37,320 nucleotides of DNA, taken from the IMG/VR virus record IMGVR_UViG_3300030376_002193, positions 1 through 37,320 of that record; one strand, written 5' to 3'. A program made the position numbers and the translations under genes. Source of the DNA: a virus (taxonomy: Duplodnaviria; Caudoviricetes). A model generated the notes under the pieces. The model was given only the letters and a program-made list of their open reading frames with translations. It did no database searches and was not told where the DNA came from. Position 1 is the first letter of the stretch. Every line of letters starts with the position of its first letter. Of the stretch, positions 26,303-35,676 are shown in pieces.

Positions 26303-27322
26303 ATGACAAAAGGAACTTTTAATTTAGAAAGAGGATACGGAATAGAGATAGAATTTTTAAGACCTTCTACTCTCTCTCAAAGAATAATAGCTAAGGCGAT
26401 TAATCGACAATTAACACTTCCAGGTACACCACTTAATAGAAATGGTTGCCAGGTTGAGTCTTACAACCACAATACTGTAAACAACTGGAAGATCGTAGGA
26501 GATGCATCTGTTTATACTACAAACTCAGATCGTGGATATACAGGACACAATGAAATTGTTTCACCAATTTTATATGGCTATCAAGGGTTAAAACAATTAG
26601 AAGCGGTTTTAGAAGTTTTAAATACTCTTAATTGTAAAGTTAATTACCATTGTGGAATACACGTTCATCACGATGTTACAAAAAAAGTTTTAGAAGGCAG
26701 AAAGCAAACAACTACTTTTTTAACCAACTTAGTAAAATACATTGCTAAGTACGAACATTTAATTTATAAGCTAGTTTCACCTTCAAGATTAGATCAAAGA
26801 AGATACTCAACACCAGTCAGACAAGATTTTGCAGAGTATCGTAGCGATTTAATAGATGTAAAGAAATTAAAAAAGTCTATTAAGTCAGATGTAAACAGAA
26901 AAGTAGACAACGATGGACTTAATCTAAACAACGGACATTACGCTATAAGACCAAGAACACAAAAGCGTAGAGCTTGTGGATTAAATCTTTTAAATATTTG
27001 GACTAGAGGTTCTGTTGAATTTCGCTATCATAACGGAAGTTTAAATTTTAAAAAGATTACATCCTGGATAGTTTTTACACAGGCGATTGTTAACACTGTT
27101 GAAACTACAAAATCAGTTCCAATGAATTTTGTTCCCAATAATGTAAAAGGACTTACTAGATTCAGAAAGTCTTTAGGGTTCGTCAGTACATCAAATAGAA
27201 GTCCTCTTGTAAAATCTACTAGCAATTATATGCTTAAAAGATTCAAGCAGTTATCAAATAGAGAAACAGATTACAGAAGACATAACCAATACAACCACGT
27301 CAGAGATGGCGTGGTAGTATAA
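26303..27322 (+). CDS. Putative amidoligase (COOH-NH2 ligase, Amidoligase_2-like)
   Basis: GIEIEF, WKIVGDASV, EIVSPIL, CGIHVH and GSVEFR motifs; start moved to ATG 26303 (GGAGCAGG RBS; 26234 lies inside the promoter). Confidence 0.85.
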   Translation: MTKGTFNLERGYGIEIEFLRPSTLSQRIIAKAINRQLTLPGTPLNRNGCQVESYNHNTVNNWKIVGDASVYTTNSDRGYTGHNEIVSPILYGYQGLKQLEAVLEVLNTLNCKVNYHCGIHVHHDVTKKVLEGRKQTTTFLTNLVKYIAKYEHLIYKLVSPSRLDQRRYSTPVRQDFAEYRSDLIDVKKLKKSIKSDVNRKVDNDGLNLNNGHYAIRPRTQKRRACGLNLLNIWTRGSVEFRYHNGSLNFKKITSWIVFTQAIVNTVETTKSVPMNFVPNNVKGLTRFRKSLGFVSTSNRSPLVKSTSNYMLKRFKQLSNRETDYRRHNQYNHVRDGVVV

Positions 27323-27341
27323 TAAATAGGGAGATTATATT

Positions 27342-28235
27342 ATGTGTGGATTAGCAGGAGTAATACTAAAACAAAAAAATAGAACAAATGTAGAGTTGAA
27401 AAAAATAACTACATCTTTTAAAAATATGCTTACAGAAGCAGATACAAGAGGAGGACACGCTACGGGATTTGCTTTAATAGATAAGTACGGAGATTATTTA
27501 TTATGTAAAAAAAATAAAGATGCGTTTGATTTCTTAAAAGATAATCAAGTAAATAGTAATATTGATTCTATTACAAATGACGTTATATGTTTAATGGGAC
27601 ATACTAGATACGCTACTTTAGGATCGCCAGATATTAATAAAAACAATCACCCTATTAGAGCTGGAAAAACCATAGGTACTCATAATGGATCAATACACAA
27701 CCATAAAGAGCTATTTAGAAAGTTTGATATGGAAAGATATGCTCAAGTAGATTCAGAAGCTATTTTCAGACTTTATGAAACATCAGACAATGCGAAAGAT
27801 TTTTCAGAAAATAGATTGCCACTGGTTAGAGGTCGAGTTACTATTGTTTGGGCAGATTTAGAGTATGCAGATTACATATATATAGTCAAAGCAAATAATC
27901 CACTAGAAATGGTTTATATTCCAGAGTTAGATGTTCTAGCTTATGGAAGCACTTTAGATATAGTAAAATCTGGTAAATGGGGTGATTTTGAGCCAATTAG
28001 TATAAAAGCAAATACTATGATGAGAGTTAATACTAAAACATTAAACAAAAGAACAAAGTCAATTAAAATTATAGAACCAATTAAAAAGAAGTCTTATGTT
28101 TATAATAAAGATTTGGGAATTTATCAAAACACAGTAAAAAGATTTGTTCCTAGATATTCATATATTGAAAAACAAAGAGAGCTTTTTAAGGCTTTTAAAT
28201 CCAGCGATGGATCAACAATTAGGAAGATAAAATGA
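27342..28235 (+). CDS. Class II (Ntn) glutamine amidotransferase
   Basis: MCG N-terminal nucleophile, RG-x-x-ATG, GHTRYAT, N-x-HP, HNG and VDSE motifs. Confidence 0.9.
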   Translation: MCGLAGVILKQKNRTNVELKKITTSFKNMLTEADTRGGHATGFALIDKYGDYLLCKKNKDAFDFLKDNQVNSNIDSITNDVICLMGHTRYATLGSPDINKNNHPIRAGKTIGTHNGSIHNHKELFRKFDMERYAQVDSEAIFRLYETSDNAKDFSENRLPLVRGRVTIVWADLEYADYIYIVKANNPLEMVYIPELDVLAYGSTLDIVKSGKWGDFEPISIKANTMMRVNTKTLNKRTKSIKIIEPIKKKSYVYNKDLGIYQNTVKRFVPRYSYIEKQRELFKAFKSSDGSTIRKIK

Positions 28236-28852
28236 AAAAGCATTTATTTGTTTACGGAACACTAAAAAAAGGTTTTCATAATCATATCTTTTTAAAAGAT
28301 TGTAAAATGACAGGACACTTAAAATTAAAACACTATGCCTTAGTTGATCTAGGGCATGGGTTTCCATATATGATTGAATCAACAAAGCACGAATGGGTTT
28401 ATGGAGAAGTCTATGAAGTCAATAGAGCTATTTTAAAAAGAATTGATTTATTAGAAGGCGTGCCATATCATTATCAAAGACAGAATATGTTATTAGATAC
28501 GCCAGAGGGTAAACCAATTAACACATATTACTATGTGTCTAATTTAAAAGATGTTGAACATCTTAAAGTAAAAGATAATTACTGGGCACCTAGTAAAGCT
28601 TATAGTACAGTATTTGATGTAATTGTTGATGGTCGTGAATATTCTGATACTGCAGATAAGATAGTATTTCATATGAGATTTTTTGATGGCGACAGAACAC
28701 CAACTAACAAAGATTATATGAAACTTGTAAAAGCTAGAAGTCACTTACCTATAAATATAGATAGCGAAAATTTATTTCTTTTAGATTGTATTCATTATGG
28801 AATAGTAAAATATATAGATTATAAGTATATTAATAACGTGAATAAACAATAA
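28232..28852 (+). CDS. Gamma-glutamylcyclotransferase (AIG2-like) with C-terminal extension
   Basis: LFVYGTLKKG, VYGEVYEV and IDLLEG-x-x-x-x-Y-x-R motifs. Confidence 0.85.
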   Translation: MKKHLFVYGTLKKGFHNHIFLKDCKMTGHLKLKHYALVDLGHGFPYMIESTKHEWVYGEVYEVNRAILKRIDLLEGVPYHYQRQNMLLDTPEGKPINTYYYVSNLKDVEHLKVKDNYWAPSKAYSTVFDVIVDGREYSDTADKIVFHMRFFDGDRTPTNKDYMKLVKARSHLPINIDSENLFLLDCIHYGIVKYIDYKYINNVNKQ

Positions 28853-28863
28853 CAGGAGCTTTT

Positions 28864-29355
28864 ATGAATATATTTATATTAAACGAACACCCTCAAACTG
28901 CAGCTAAAATGCAACACAATAAGCATGTAGTTAAGATGGTTTTAGAGTCTACTCAAATGTTATGTGGCGCATTTGATTCAACGCATAAACCACCATACAA
29001 AAGAACACACTATAATCATCCTTGTTCTATTTGGACTAGAGAAAGCAAAGAAAATTATATGTGGCTATTAATACACGCTTTTAGTTTAGCAATAGAATAC
29101 ACGCACAGATATAACAAAGTGCACGCATCTCAAAAAGTAATAAACTGGTGCTATAAAAACATAGACAAAATAAATTTTCCAAAGCAAAAAAGAACTCCAT
29201 TTGCTTTAGCTATGCCAGACCAATACAAAACAAGCGATGCTGTAGAATCATATATTTATTACTATATAAGCGAAAAATTACAAAACGCTCAATGGAAAAA
29301 TAGAGAAAAACCATTTATTTTTAATAAAGATACTCTAGGTTTGATTAAGAACTAG
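28864..29355 (+). CDS. Pyrimidine-dimer DNA glycosylase (DenV)-related protein
   Basis: MNIF...KHVVKMVLESTQML...YK-x-TH-x-NHPC-x-x-W...NY-x-WL...EYT-x-RY-x-K-x-H...AMPD-x-YK. Confidence 0.7.
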   Translation: MNIFILNEHPQTAAKMQHNKHVVKMVLESTQMLCGAFDSTHKPPYKRTHYNHPCSIWTRESKENYMWLLIHAFSLAIEYTHRYNKVHASQKVINWCYKNIDKINFPKQKRTPFALAMPDQYKTSDAVESYIYYYISEKLQNAQWKNREKPFIFNKDTLGLIKN

Positions 29356-29388
29356 CAGAATAGGGTAGGAACTATGAAGCGCAGAATT

Positions 29389-29418
29389 GGGATAGTACCG
29401 CATCACTATCCCTTTTTT
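29389..29418 (+). terminator. Rho-independent terminator ending the early region
   Basis: GGGATAGT-ACCGCATC-ACTATCCC followed by TTTTTT. Confidence 0.85.
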
Positions 29419-29493
29419 GTTTTTAATGTATAACTATTTTATTTAATATAATATCATATCTAAATTATAACGAAAAAATCTAAGGAGTCATTT

Positions 29494-29580
29494 ATGCCAA
29501 TGGGAAAAGGTACATACGGATCAAAAAAAGGTAGACCAACCAAAAAAAAGAAAAAAAGAAAAATTGTTAAAAGAAAATAA
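29494..29580 (+). CDS. Basic micro-protein (28 aa)
   Basis: TAAGGAG RBS; MPMGKGTYGSKKGRPTKKKKKRKIVKRK. Confidence 0.6.
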   Translation: MPMGKGTYGSKKGRPTKKKKKRKIVKRK

Positions 29581-29746
29581 AGGCGTTACTCTTGATGTCG
29601 AATTAGTAGGGATTAAAAATTTAAAGACTACTCATAATTATAGATTAGAGTTTGATGTTTTTGAAGTAGACACGCCAAGAGTAAAAGAGCTAATTGATAA
29701 ATTAAATAAAGTCTTTGCTATGGCTTTAGTGGAATATGACCAATAA
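29564..29746 (+). CDS. Hypothetical protein
   Basis: TTG start; overlaps both neighbours. Confidence 0.5.
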   Translation: MLKENKGVTLDVELVGIKNLKTTHNYRLEFDVFEVDTPRVKELIDKLNKVFAMALVEYDQ

Positions 29747-30077
29747 ACAAACGCAGAAGAAACGCTCAAATCATAAACCTAATGGCAGTTTTGCCAAAGG
29801 AAATAAATTAGGTAATCGCTGGAAAAAAGGCGAGTCTGGAAATCCTAATGGAAGGCGAAACGCCTATACTGATTTAATAAAAGACTTTAGTTTTAGCAAG
29901 GTGGGTGAAAAAGAGCGAAGGGAAGTTGTAGTATCTAAATTATTTAATCTAGCTGAAAGGGGTGATTTAAGAGCCATACAATTCATTGTAGAGCGATTGG
30001 AAGGAAAAGCTTTAGAGCGTATGGAAACAACTAACAAATCTGAACCAATACAAGTAATGGTAATTGATGAAAAATAA
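29736..30077 (+). CDS. Probable terminase small subunit
   Basis: WKKGESGNPNGR and A-x-x-GD-x-x-AI-x-x-I-x-ERLEGK motifs; upstream of TerL. Confidence 0.7.
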   Translation: MTNKQTQKKRSNHKPNGSFAKGNKLGNRWKKGESGNPNGRRNAYTDLIKDFSFSKVGEKERREVVVSKLFNLAERGDLRAIQFIVERLEGKALERMETTNKSEPIQVMVIDEK

Positions 30078-30136
30078 AACAATTAAAATTATAAAAGTAA
30101 AAGATCAATATTGGACTTATACAACTTTATATAAAA

Positions 30137-31339
30137 ATGATAGAATGGTCATTAAATACAACTAGAAAAGAAATATTACACAACCCTGCTAGATTTAAAG
30201 TCATTGTTGCTGGTCGTAGATGGGGTAAAACAATATTGAGTTTAATGTATTTATTAAAAGATGCATTTAACCCTGGAGAGCGCAGATGGTTTATCACGCC
30301 AACATATAGGCAAGGGAAAATGATTGTGTTCCCAATATTAAGACAAATGTTTGTTGGATTTAAGGGTGCTAAATTAAACGAATCTGAAATGCTAGTATCT
30401 TTTGACAATGGTGCAGAATTAAGCGTAAAAGGAGCAGATAATGAACATAATCTTAGAGGTGTTGAATTAACTAAATGTGTAATGGATGAAATGGCTTATA
30501 TCAAACCACATGTATGGGAAGAAATTATTTATCCTATGTTAGCAACTACTCAAGGAGAAGTTTTATTTATTGGAACGCCAAGTGGATATGATATTATGTA
30601 TGATTTGTATTCTAGAGGACAGGGTGAAAAAGATTGGCAAAGCTGGAAATTTACCACTATTGAAGGTGGCTTTGTACCTCTAGAAGAAATAGAAAGAGCT
30701 AAAAGAACTATGGATGAAGTTATATTTAGGCAAGAATTTGAAGCATCTTTTGAAACAACTGGTAATAGAGCTGCATATAATTTTGATCGTGATATTAATT
30801 GTTCTAAAGCCAAAGAGCTTTCTAATAACTTATGGTGGGGAGTTGATTTTAATGTAGATTTTATGACTGCAGTTCTAGCGTGTGAATATACAGATGGCAC
30901 TATACACTTTTTTGATGAGCTTAGATTAAAGAACAGCAATACTGAAGAGTTATCTATCAAGATGAAAAAGATCGCTCCAAATATAGAGTGTTACCCTGAT
31001 CCTGCAGGCAAAGCTAGAAGCACCACCAGTAGGAGATCAGATCATCAAATATTAAGAGATCACGGTTTTTTAATTCGTGCTAAAAAATCACATCCAAGTC
31101 ACATAGATAGATTAAACGCTTTAAATAGAAAATTAAAAGATGCAGAAGGTAAAGTTGGAATGACCATTGATCCTTCTTGCACTTATTTAATAAAAGATTT
31201 AGAACAATGCCAAAGAGATAAATATGGAAAGCTAGATAAAAAAGATATGCAATTAACACACGCACTTGATGCATGTTCTTATGCTATTAGCCATAAATTT
31301 CCTATTCGTAGAATGGTTGGCTCAACAATAAACTGGTAG
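30137..31339 (+). CDS. terL: Terminase large subunit
   Basis: Walker A AGRRWGKT, LRG, Walker B CVMDE, IGTP-x-G, RQEFEASF, nuclease GVDFN and HALDA. Confidence 0.95.
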   Translation: MIEWSLNTTRKEILHNPARFKVIVAGRRWGKTILSLMYLLKDAFNPGERRWFITPTYRQGKMIVFPILRQMFVGFKGAKLNESEMLVSFDNGAELSVKGADNEHNLRGVELTKCVMDEMAYIKPHVWEEIIYPMLATTQGEVLFIGTPSGYDIMYDLYSRGQGEKDWQSWKFTTIEGGFVPLEEIERAKRTMDEVIFRQEFEASFETTGNRAAYNFDRDINCSKAKELSNNLWWGVDFNVDFMTAVLACEYTDGTIHFFDELRLKNSNTEELSIKMKKIAPNIECYPDPAGKARSTTSRRSDHQILRDHGFLIRAKKSHPSHIDRLNALNRKLKDAEGKVGMTIDPSCTYLIKDLEQCQRDKYGKLDKKDMQLTHALDACSYAISHKFPIRRMVGSTINW

Positions 31340-31355
31340 AAATAAGGAAAACATA

Positions 31356-32711
31356 ATGTATAATTTTGGCAAATCCGTGAACAAAGTAATTATTCCAGAC
31401 CTTGCAGAAACAGCTGTTATTGATAGCGTTGCAAACGCATCTAAGGAATATTTTCAAAAGCAAGACACCAATAAACTGGAATCAATAGATTATTATTATA
31501 ATCAAAACTTAGATAATCATCTAGAACAATGGTTTGCTTCCGATAGCTTAACACAAGTTCCTCCATTTATTTCTAGTTGCGTTCCTAGGTTTGCTAAAGC
31601 TAGAATGATGTTATATAAAGATGCGCCACAAAGATTAATAGCAGGTGAATCTAATGAAGATTATAATGGATTGGCTTTTAAATTAAATAGCCATACAAGA
31701 GAATTTGCAGAATTGAGCTGGTTATTAGGTCAATGCTGGATGAAAACTGTTTATAATGAAAGGCGTGAAAGATTAGAATATGAAATTTTACCAGTAGTTC
31801 AAGAATATTTTATTTATGGAGAAAGAGAACCATACGGATATAGCTATGAAATAGAATCTATTGATGTTAATAGGCGTTTTGTATTTTGGAGCGAATCAAG
31901 AGAAGGTATTCCTGGAATGCATTTTGAGTTTAATAATAAAGGGCAAAGATTTGCTATAATGGGTAATGAAGATATGTTAAACCCTTATGGGATAAACCCT
32001 ATTAGTTCTGTTGCTTTTAATTCAGACGCATATGACGTTACAAGAGCATCTCTACATATCGCTATGGCTATGACTGAAATCGCTTTATCTGTTAGATCAA
32101 GATTAGGTCAGCCTGTATTTACAGGAATCGAAGAAGGTCAAAGCAGAATTAAATCTGGTATTGATAATGCAATCATATTACCAGAAGGAGCAACGTTTGA
32201 TTATAAATCACCTGCTGGAAACTTAAATGAATTAATTGATGCAGTTAAATCTATGGCAAATCAAACAGCAGAAAATAATCAATTAAGAATTAGATGGGGC
32301 GAGTCAGGTGGTAATACACCAAGTGGTGAAGCTCTTAGAATATTAGAAATTGAAAACCTTGAAGCTAGAAAAAGTGATGAGGGTTTATTTAGGGAATGGG
32401 AAAGCTCAAGATATGAAATTGATAGGACTATATTAGAAACGCATAACAAGATAACATTATCAGAAGATTACTCTGTTGACTTTGGTGAAGTAAGTTATCC
32501 TATGTCACCAGAGCAAGAAAGAGCGTGGCTTGATTGGAAACTAGAAAAAGGTATAATGACTCAAAAAGAGCTTTTATTATACTTCAACCCTGATATGTCC
32601 GATAATGAAATAGATTCTAAGCTTAATGAAGTAAGAGAAGAAACAAAAGCAAATACAGAAGCGACAACACCACAATCAACCTTTCAAAGATTAGTAAACG
32701 CCAATGCCTAA
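31356..32711 (+). CDS. Portal protein
   Basis: 451 aa directly after TerL; SGEALR motif of SPP1-like portals. Confidence 0.85.
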   Translation: MYNFGKSVNKVIIPDLAETAVIDSVANASKEYFQKQDTNKLESIDYYYNQNLDNHLEQWFASDSLTQVPPFISSCVPRFAKARMMLYKDAPQRLIAGESNEDYNGLAFKLNSHTREFAELSWLLGQCWMKTVYNERRERLEYEILPVVQEYFIYGEREPYGYSYEIESIDVNRRFVFWSESREGIPGMHFEFNNKGQRFAIMGNEDMLNPYGINPISSVAFNSDAYDVTRASLHIAMAMTEIALSVRSRLGQPVFTGIEEGQSRIKSGIDNAIILPEGATFDYKSPAGNLNELIDAVKSMANQTAENNQLRIRWGESGGNTPSGEALRILEIENLEARKSDEGLFREWESSRYEIDRTILETHNKITLSEDYSVDFGEVSYPMSPEQERAWLDWKLEKGIMTQKELLLYFNPDMSDNEIDSKLNEVREETKANTEATTPQSTFQRLVNANA

Positions 32712-33396
32712 TGTTCAACCAGCTGTTGATAGATTTATAAATGAAATTGAAAGACTAGAAAGAAAATTTGAAAAAGACTTAAATAAATTAGTTGTTCAGT
32801 TAAGTAGGATGTCAGATACTGAAGTAATTAGAGCAACTAGAGAATTAAATTTCTTTCAAGAGTTAACAAACAGTGGCTATGGGAAAGCTTTAGACAATTT
32901 TGATGAAAGCTATGCTGTTATGTTACAAGCTGCAATTAGGGAAGGAAATAAAAGAGGAATCCCTGCATTAGCTGGAGCATCTGTTGAATCGCTAGAAGTT
33001 TTAAAAGATATGGATTTTGAAAGACTCTTAGGCAGAGCGAGTATATATTCGAATGAATTAGAGATACAGCTGTTTAGGGGCGTTTTTGGAGGTGTAAATC
33101 CTAAAACAATCAGCGATAACTTAATAAATATACGATTAGCGAGTCATCAACTAAATGTTGTAGCTTATGACGGATTAAAAATATTTGATGATATGGCTAG
33201 ATATAAAGTGTTTGAAGGTCAAGATGTAAAGTGGGTTTATATTGGACCACAAGATGCTAACACTAGAGATGAATGTAGAGCAACAAAAGATAACGAACCA
33301 AAAGAAGGTTATACAGAATCAGAAGTTGGTTCTAGCGATACGCCATTTGGAGTTCGTGGAGGTTTTAATTGCAGGCATAGTTGGATGGTAAGATGA
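32704..33396 (+). CDS. Minor head protein (MuF / SPP1 gp7-like)
   Basis: Y-x-GP-x-D-x-x-TR-x-x-C...GGFNCRHSW. Confidence 0.75.
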   Translation: MPNVQPAVDRFINEIERLERKFEKDLNKLVVQLSRMSDTEVIRATRELNFFQELTNSGYGKALDNFDESYAVMLQAAIREGNKRGIPALAGASVESLEVLKDMDFERLLGRASIYSNELEIQLFRGVFGGVNPKTISDNLINIRLASHQLNVVAYDGLKIFDDMARYKVFEGQDVKWVYIGPQDANTRDECRATKDNEPKEGYTESEVGSSDTPFGVRGGFNCRHSWMVR

Positions 33397-33863
33397 AATC
33401 AAAAGACTTAGTTAAATTTAAAAAAAGTCAATGGCTAAAGCTTGGTGGTAAATTAGCAACTAGAATAGTTGAAGATGCTGACAAAGGAATAAGCCAAGAT
33501 GGTGATGGTGTTAAATTTCCTGCATATAGTACGGATTATTCATTAAAAAAAAGAATAGGTAAAGCTACACCAAAAGGTGTCAGTGCAAGTAAACAAACAA
33601 ACCCTCCTAATTTAAGATTAACAGGCACAATGCTTAATTCTTTAAAAGTTCAAAAAGCTACAACAGAAAGCGTTGAAATAAATTACAGAGACGGAGAAAA
33701 AGTCATAGGTCATTCTAGAAAAAGAGGAAACAAACCTAAGAGAAATATATATGGCTTAAATAATAAAAATTTACAATTCGTTCAAGATTTTATTAACGAC
33801 AATATTAATGATAATATTAAAAAGTTTAATAAGAAAGATATAATAATTGACGTTAAAATATAG
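33393..33863 (+). CDS. Virion morphogenesis protein (Mu gpG-like)
   Basis: F-x-x-YS-x-x-Y...NLRLTG-x-ML-x-S...R-x-x-YGL; ATGA overlap favours the start at 33393. Confidence 0.65.
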   Translation: MKSKDLVKFKKSQWLKLGGKLATRIVEDADKGISQDGDGVKFPAYSTDYSLKKRIGKATPKGVSASKQTNPPNLRLTGTMLNSLKVQKATTESVEINYRDGEKVIGHSRKRGNKPKRNIYGLNNKNLQFVQDFINDNINDNIKKFNKKDIIIDVKI

Positions 33864-33923
33864 TTGGCTATTTTATGAAAGTTTATTTTTATAGTATATT
33901 AACTAAAATAATAAGAGGACAGA

Positions 33924-34508
33924 ATGTCTGAAGAAACAAATACACAGGGCGTGGAAAACCAACCAAAGGCTTACGTTGAGAGACCAGTGGTGGAAAAACC
34001 TATATCAACAGAGATGGCAACTGAAAGCCAGGAAAAAGACCTTGAATTACCTGATTATGGTCAATTAGTGCAGGAAAGCAAAAAGTACAGGAAACGTGCT
34101 CAAGAATCAGAAGCAAAACTTGAAAAGCTAGTTAAGAAAGGCGAAGCAGAAAGAACAAAGCAAATGGAAGAACAAAACCAATGGCAACAACTAGCTGAAG
34201 AAAGAGCTCTAAAAATTCAAGAACTAGAACCTATTGTAGAGCAATTTAAAAAAGATGAAGCTCAACAAAGAGATTCTATATTGAGTACACTAAGCGAAGA
34301 AGATCGAGAGCAGTTTGGTGATTTACCAATTACAAAGCTCAGAATCTTAGCAAATAAATTAAACCCTAATGAAAAAAGCGTTCCTAATACAAGTGGAACT
34401 CCAGCAAGAGCTGTTAATCCTTCTAATAAAAATTGGACTACAATGACCGATAATGAAAGAAGATCGAACTGGGCAGATATTGTAAAGGGTTATGCGCTTA
34501 GAAAATAA
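33924..34508 (+). CDS. Capsid scaffolding protein B
   Basis: ESKKYRKRAQ coiled coil; directly before MCP B. Confidence 0.8.
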   Translation: MSEETNTQGVENQPKAYVERPVVEKPISTEMATESQEKDLELPDYGQLVQESKKYRKRAQESEAKLEKLVKKGEAERTKQMEEQNQWQQLAEERALKIQELEPIVEQFKKDEAQQRDSILSTLSEEDREQFGDLPITKLRILANKLNPNEKSVPNTSGTPARAVNPSNKNWTTMTDNERRSNWADIVKGYALRK

Positions 34509-34518
34509 GGAGTCTTAA

Positions 34519-35403
34519 ATGGCTGATTATCACGGTTTTTCGGGTGATGTAACCCAAAAAACAGACATTGATGTATTCGTTCCTGAACTATGGGGTGACG
34601 GGGTACTTCGATATTTTGAAAAGTCTTTAGTTTTTAAACCATTCTTTGATGATTATTCTAGTTTGGTTCAAGGGCGTGGAGACGTTTTACACATTCCAAC
34701 AATGCAAGAAGTTGCAAGTGCTACAAAAGCAGCAAATGATTCAGTAGATTATACTGCTAATGTTGAAACAGATATTGATTTAGCAATAGATCAACACGTT
34801 TATGCAGCTAAGCTATTTGAAGATATTGCAATGGTACAAAGCAACGAACAGCTTTTTGATAAGTATGCTCAATCTATGGCTTATGCTCTAGGAAAAGCAG
34901 TTGATACAAAGATAGAAGAATTATTGCAAACTATTGGAACAACTCAAACTCTAGCTGCAGACAACACAATGTCAAACGCTGATGTTGAAACTGCTCTAGG
35001 CACTTTAATGGCTAATGATATACCAGCTGATGAATGTGCTTTCTTTGTTAATCCTCTTATTTATGCTGACTTAATGAACTCAAAAGCATTTGTAACGAAT
35101 AACTCTGGCGCAGGTGTTGGTTTTGGTAATGATAACGCAGTAATGCAAACTGGTCTAGTTGGAAACCTTTTTGGTATTCCAGTAATGACTAGCTCTTTAA
35201 TTCCTACAACAACTTCAACAGGAATTGAAGCTGCATATCTAGTACATAAATCAGCTATTGCAGTAGCAGTTCAGCAGGATATAAGAGTACAATCTGAATA
35301 CGATGTATCTTATCTAGGAACTAAAGTTGTGGCTGACATCATTTATGGTGCAGTAATTACTACTTCAAATCATGTTAAAGGAATAGAATTTTTAAATCCT
35401 TAA
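34519..35403 (+). CDS. Major capsid protein B
   Basis: FVPELW, GDVLHIP, AKLFED, G-x-LFGIPV and DIIYG motifs; homolog of 432..1328. Confidence 0.9.
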   Translation: MADYHGFSGDVTQKTDIDVFVPELWGDGVLRYFEKSLVFKPFFDDYSSLVQGRGDVLHIPTMQEVASATKAANDSVDYTANVETDIDLAIDQHVYAAKLFEDIAMVQSNEQLFDKYAQSMAYALGKAVDTKIEELLQTIGTTQTLAADNTMSNADVETALGTLMANDIPADECAFFVNPLIYADLMNSKAFVTNNSGAGVGFGNDNAVMQTGLVGNLFGIPVMTSSLIPTTTSTGIEAAYLVHKSAIAVAVQQDIRVQSEYDVSYLGTKVVADIIYGAVITTSNHVKGIEFLNP

Positions 35404-35421
35404 ACCTTGATAAAAAATATT

Positions 35422-35449
35422 GGGTGGTGTTAATTCGCCACCCTTTATT
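35422..35449 (+). terminator. Stem-loop after MCP B
   Basis: GGGTGGTG-TTAATT-CGCCACCC-TTTATT. Confidence 0.65.
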
Positions 35450-35460
35450 AAAAGGACATT

Positions 35461-35622
35461 ATGATAATACTTAAAAAAGATAAACATTACGAACATACCC
35501 TAGATACTGATAAAGCTTCAAAAATGGTTCAAAATGGCTATGAAGTTGTAAAGGGTAAGACTATATTAGACAAAGCAAAAAAAGAAGTAAAAACAAAGAA
35601 AAAGCCTATTAAGAAAAAGTAA
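35461..35622 (+). CDS. Small Lys-rich head-region protein (53 aa)
   Basis: AAGGA RBS; MIILKKDKHYEH...NGYEVV...KKPIKKK. Confidence 0.6.
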   Translation: MIILKKDKHYEHTLDTDKASKMVQNGYEVVKGKTILDKAKKEVKTKKKPIKKK

Positions 35623-35633
35623 CAAAAATATGG

Positions 35634-35664
35634 CTCGTTCACGGTTAACCATTAACCTTAGAGA
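35634..35664 (+). promoter_or_regulatory. Conserved structured leader motif, copy B
   Basis: CTC-GTTCAC-[GGTTAA CCA TTAACC]-TTA-GAGA directly before an AGGAG RBS. Confidence 0.55.
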
Positions 35665-35676
35665 TTAGGAGAATCA

